IMG/VR virus record: IMGVR_UViG_3300012920_000054
Location: 1 to 52,933 of that record
Reading direction: 5' to 3' (one strand)
DNA: 52,933 nt
Source of the DNA: a virus
Taxonomy: Duplodnaviria > Caudoviricetes
The position numbers and the translations under genes are program-made. A model generated the notes under the pieces. It ran no database searches. It was not told the origin of the DNA and worked only from the letters and a program-made list of their open reading frames with translations. This document shows, in pieces, positions 49,658-52,933 of the stretch. Every line of letters starts with the position of its first letter. The first letter of the stretch is position 1.

Positions 49658-52616
49658 ACCTATAAGTTTTACCAAAATTGATAATGAATTAAGTTTAGGT
49701 AATTCACTGGGTAACTATCGCGGAGAATTCTTTCTGCATGTACCTTCAAACTCAGCAAGAATAATAGCACCTAATATGCCTATCAGCATGAGCTCTCTAG
49801 AAGGCTGTACAGTATTAGGCGACAATAATCCAATAACACCAAACATTGAACTTAGAAGTCAGTCACCACTAACTCAAAAAGTAAGTGTTCGCCCAGGCGG
49901 TACAACCACAATGACTGTAAAGTTTGATTCCAATTTTAATCACGATCCACAGCCAGTATTAACTTATCCAGTACAGCAAAATGTTGATGAACCTACAGTT
50001 GAATGGTTTGAAACAACTGGAGGCACCTATACTGCGGTGAATTCTTCTGAATATAGAACACGAGTAAGTGTTAAGGAGCCTGGTGTGGGTCCAGGAGAAT
50101 TAGATTTCACAGCAACGTCTGTTCTCACTATATCTACAGCAAGTGTAGGATCAAGAACTTTTGTTGCAGTAGGAAAAGCATATACTAGCAGAATGGATGT
50201 AGTAAATACTCCTATAGTAGCAACAAACAGTCAACAGTTTCCAGAATACAAAGTAATAGCATCCGTGGGTGCGGCACCTAGTGCTACACCAGGACAAGGA
50301 CAAATTTATGGAAAACCTAATCCTTACACTAGAACAATTATAACATATACAAATGGTGATCCTACTTTCTATCCAGAATTTACCATAATGTTCTTGGCAA
50401 GACTTTTTGGCTTCAATGTGCCTCCAGGGCAAGACAATAGACATCTATATGACTACCCTGCCAGGGAAAACGGCTGGGTCGCTACTTCACCAGCATATTG
50501 GCATCGAAGAGTCATGCTGTCCACCGACGGTGGAATAACTGAAACAGATGTCTCAGCACAGTTTTCAAACGACGATGTTCAAATGCCAGACTTTGGACCT
50601 AGTCTATTAGGATATCAAGGGTGGCAACAAGTTGCTATGAGAAAAAAATATACCGTAGCATATGAACACGGATATAGATATAGACCAACTATATCGAGAC
50701 GCAGAGAGTATGTAGATCCTACTGGAAACACAGTAACACTATCCACAGTTGTTGCAATACCAACTTTTGTAGTCAACATATTAGAGAAGACTGTAGACAA
50801 TGCTATTCCTACATTATTAAGTATTAACATTGACAAAGATGAAGTTGAAGAGATGCCAGGTGACGGCACATTTAATGTCACAGTTACTACACAACATGCA
50901 CAAGGTTATGGCTTTATAATGTCATCCAGTGACGGAAATGTTATACCACCAATGTGGAATCCAAGACTGATCATTGAAAAAGATGTACAAACATACACCT
51001 TAGGTAACGGCGGGGCATCAAGATTAACTGCAAGTAATCAAGGAAATGATCGAATACTCACCATAGGAGCAAGACCATACGAAGCAGGTGAGTGGAGTTC
51101 AGATGATGAAATAGTTGATCATGTAATTATTAAGAACATGGGTAAAATGCAAAAACTTTCTGGTACAGGCGTAGACAAGGGCACAGTCGACGAAGGCGAG
51201 TCATTTACGTTTACCGTAGTAGGCATAAACTTCCCAACAGCAATGACTGATGATTGGACATGGGAAACAACTTTCCCAGCCGAGACAGTGGTTGCTACAT
51301 CCGGAACATTTAATGTACCTTATTCAGGTAATAAATTTACAGGTAACTATTCTGGTTCGTTTACAGTTGATACTGTGGCAAGACCAACGCACTACAAAGA
51401 CGTCACAGGTGGTAGAATAAAAGTATATTACAAAGGTAAATTATTTGCACAAACAGCCAGTAATTTAAAAATTAAAAACACCTCAGCAGAGCCAGTAACA
51501 TTGCCTACTGCATTAGCAAATCCAACGCATCATGTACATGTCAAGACTGGAGAGACTGGACGGCCTGTGAGTGGTTATTATTATGCTACAGTTACATTAA
51601 ACACAGACGGAACGTACACTAGAAACAACGATGTGTACAATCCAGGTCCTAAACTTTACGCATCACCACAACCATTAGAAGGTGATTGGAAACCTAGAAT
51701 AACAGGATTGAACGGGGCAGTAGTAAAAGAAGTAGCATACGAAGATTATCTATTTGGGGTTAAACCAAGCGGTGCCGCTATTGCTTCTACGAATATCTCT
51801 GGCGGTACAGCATCATTACAACTACAGGCTATAAAATTAGTAAGTGCATTTGCTATGGCAAATTGTACTTTTAATTGGGAGTTTTATAACGAGGCATCCG
51901 GTGCCACAAGAACTGGAGGTACTATAAGTTGTAGTATTACAATTGATGCTATACCAACAGGACCAGGCATTGTAGATATCATTGGTGGCGAGACTGGTAT
52001 AGTCGGAGAAGATCCTTTTAGTACCGGTTTTGTTGTTGATGAGCCTAGAGGTGGAGATGGCAAAATTATCTCTGACCCAGATGTATTTGAGCCTTTAACA
52101 GGACAAGTAAATACTGGAGGAGAAATAAAAGAAGACACTCAAACAACTACTGTTTTTACTAATAATACACAAACAACTACAACTGTAAACACAGGTGTAG
52201 GAACAATAACAGTAACAGCGGCTCAGGTAGCCGCGGCTCAGGAAGCGGCGGCACTAGCGGCCTCATTAGCAGAAAAAGAAGCCATGGGAACATCTTATGA
52301 TTCCGGCGCGGCAGAACCTGTAGTAGTAGTTAAACATCCAACAGCAGGTTCGTTACTGAGAACATTCTGTAAAGGAACAACTAAAATGGGTGTGTATGCA
52401 AATGGTAGTGGTGGTTCATACAATGCAGTAATAAAACGTAATTCTACTGATTGTGGATACGAAGAACCTATAAAAACAACTGAAGCGGTTACAGTTACAC
52501 CTGCTGTAGCAAAATATAATGAAGCAGAAGTACAGGCACAGGTTGATAAGGCACTGGCTGAATTAGGTGTAATAGATCTAAGTGATATTTTAAGTCAAAT
52601 ACGAATATCTTTTTGA
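49644..52616 (+). CDS. Putative tail fibre-associated/adhesin protein with Ig-like beta domains, 990 aa
   Basis: GTG start with AGGAG at 49629-49633, overlapping the fibre stop. Thr/Val/Pro-rich; two related segments DKDEVEE...FNVTV and DKGTVDEGESFTFTV. Confidence 0.55.
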   Translation: MAISRPISFTKIDNELSLGNSLGNYRGEFFLHVPSNSARIIAPNMPISMSSLEGCTVLGDNNPITPNIELRSQSPLTQKVSVRPGGTTTMTVKFDSNFNHDPQPVLTYPVQQNVDEPTVEWFETTGGTYTAVNSSEYRTRVSVKEPGVGPGELDFTATSVLTISTASVGSRTFVAVGKAYTSRMDVVNTPIVATNSQQFPEYKVIASVGAAPSATPGQGQIYGKPNPYTRTIITYTNGDPTFYPEFTIMFLARLFGFNVPPGQDNRHLYDYPARENGWVATSPAYWHRRVMLSTDGGITETDVSAQFSNDDVQMPDFGPSLLGYQGWQQVAMRKKYTVAYEHGYRYRPTISRRREYVDPTGNTVTLSTVVAIPTFVVNILEKTVDNAIPTLLSINIDKDEVEEMPGDGTFNVTVTTQHAQGYGFIMSSSDGNVIPPMWNPRLIIEKDVQTYTLGNGGASRLTASNQGNDRILTIGARPYEAGEWSSDDEIVDHVIIKNMGKMQKLSGTGVDKGTVDEGESFTFTVVGINFPTAMTDDWTWETTFPAETVVATSGTFNVPYSGNKFTGNYSGSFTVDTVARPTHYKDVTGGRIKVYYKGKLFAQTASNLKIKNTSAEPVTLPTALANPTHHVHVKTGETGRPVSGYYYATVTLNTDGTYTRNNDVYNPGPKLYASPQPLEGDWKPRITGLNGAVVKEVAYEDYLFGVKPSGAAIASTNISGGTASLQLQAIKLVSAFAMANCTFNWEFYNEASGATRTGGTISCSITIDAIPTGPGIVDIIGGETGIVGEDPFSTGFVVDEPRGGDGKIISDPDVFEPLTGQVNTGGEIKEDTQTTTVFTNNTQTTTTVNTGVGTITVTAAQVAAAQEAAALAASLAEKEAMGTSYDSGAAEPVVVVKHPTAGSLLRTFCKGTTKMGVYANGSGGSYNAVIKRNSTDCGYEEPIKTTEAVTVTPAVAKYNEAEVQAQVDKALAELGVIDLSDILSQIRISF

Positions 52617-52654
52617 TGCTGATAGTAATAAATATATGCGTATTTAATTAAGAT

Positions 52655-52662
52655 GATAAATA
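52655..52662 (+). promoter_or_regulatory. Late-type promoter motif GATAAATA
   Basis: Intergenic, upstream of ATG 52703; a second AATAAATA at 52627-52634. Confidence 0.6.
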
Positions 52663-52702
52663 ACAGTAAGGAAAACATAAAGTTTAATGAGGAAAAACTC
52701 TA

Positions 52703-52933
52703 ATGTCATATGATATACAAAATACAGACGGTTCGTTAAATTACTCCGTTGCAGATAATCAGGTAAACACTAGCCAGTTTTCACTTGCATTGATCGGTCG
52801 TAATACAGCGAACTATGGTCAATATTTTGCTCAGAATGCCATTAGGCACCTTGAAAACTTTGCTAGTTCAGTACCACCTACACCAGGTACAAAATTAATT
52901 GGTCAATTATGGTTTGATAAAAATAGCAATGAA
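52703..52933 (+). CDS. Second tail fibre-type protein, 5' fragment (paralogous N-terminus to 47279..49657)
   Basis: GAGG RBS at 52689-52692; MSYDIQNTDGS...LIGRNTANYGQYFAQNAIRHLENFA...GQLWFDK; runs off the right edge. Confidence 0.85.
   Translation, partial: MSYDIQNTDGSLNYSVADNQVNTSQFSLALIGRNTANYGQYFAQNAIRHLENFASSVPPTPGTKLIGQLWFDKNSNE

Noticed and set aside
49610-49660. Possible frameshift between the tail fibre C-terminus (SSSSGNI) and the next ORF
   Set aside because: The downstream ORF has a plausible AGGAG plus GTG start and there is no slippery sequence.
47279-52616. Diversity-generating retroelement or invertible fibre cassette
   Set aside because: No reverse transcriptase or recombinase, and I saw no template/variable repeat pair in this window.
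1-52933. Stop-codon reassignment as in some jumbo phages
   Set aside because: Genes are full length under the standard code; TAA, TAG (e.g. 2073, 17321) and TGA (52616) all end genes at sensible boundaries.

Overview
AT-rich segment of a large T4-like (myovirus, probably jumbo-type) phage genome, standard genetic code, almost entirely virion morphogenesis genes. Left to right: 5' part of a gp20-like portal gene (-), an SGNH-like hypothetical (-), a probable tape measure protein (-) and a divergent gp26-like chaperone (+). A start-less gp51-like ORF follows it and appears to be reached by a programmed -1 frameshift at A-AAU-UUU. Next is a 566-nt ORF-free interval, then a minus-strand operon gp55 sigma - gp47 - gp46 - minimal GIY-YIG nuclease. 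A long plus-strand baseplate/tail block follows: gp48/54-like, gp53-like, gp27-like, gp5-like, gp25, gp6, an 820-aa wedge protein, a 7185-aa giant protein, and tail fibres, one with an S74 chaperone. Two small antisense ORFs interrupt this block. The most notable undescribed-looking signal is the ORF-free interval downstream of the GIY-YIG gene. Its minus strand folds by eye into a ~380-450 nt multi-stem, pseudoknotted RNA, followed by two GAA-triloop hairpins, one zipped by tandem sheared G-A pairs as in ssDNA structures. Other points: the chaperone frameshift, a duplicated ~64-aa module flanking the 820-aa/7185-aa gene boundary, a degenerate lysozyme on gp5, and a GATAAATA late-promoter motif that implies several near-leaderless mRNAs. 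All family calls come from motif recognition, not database searches.
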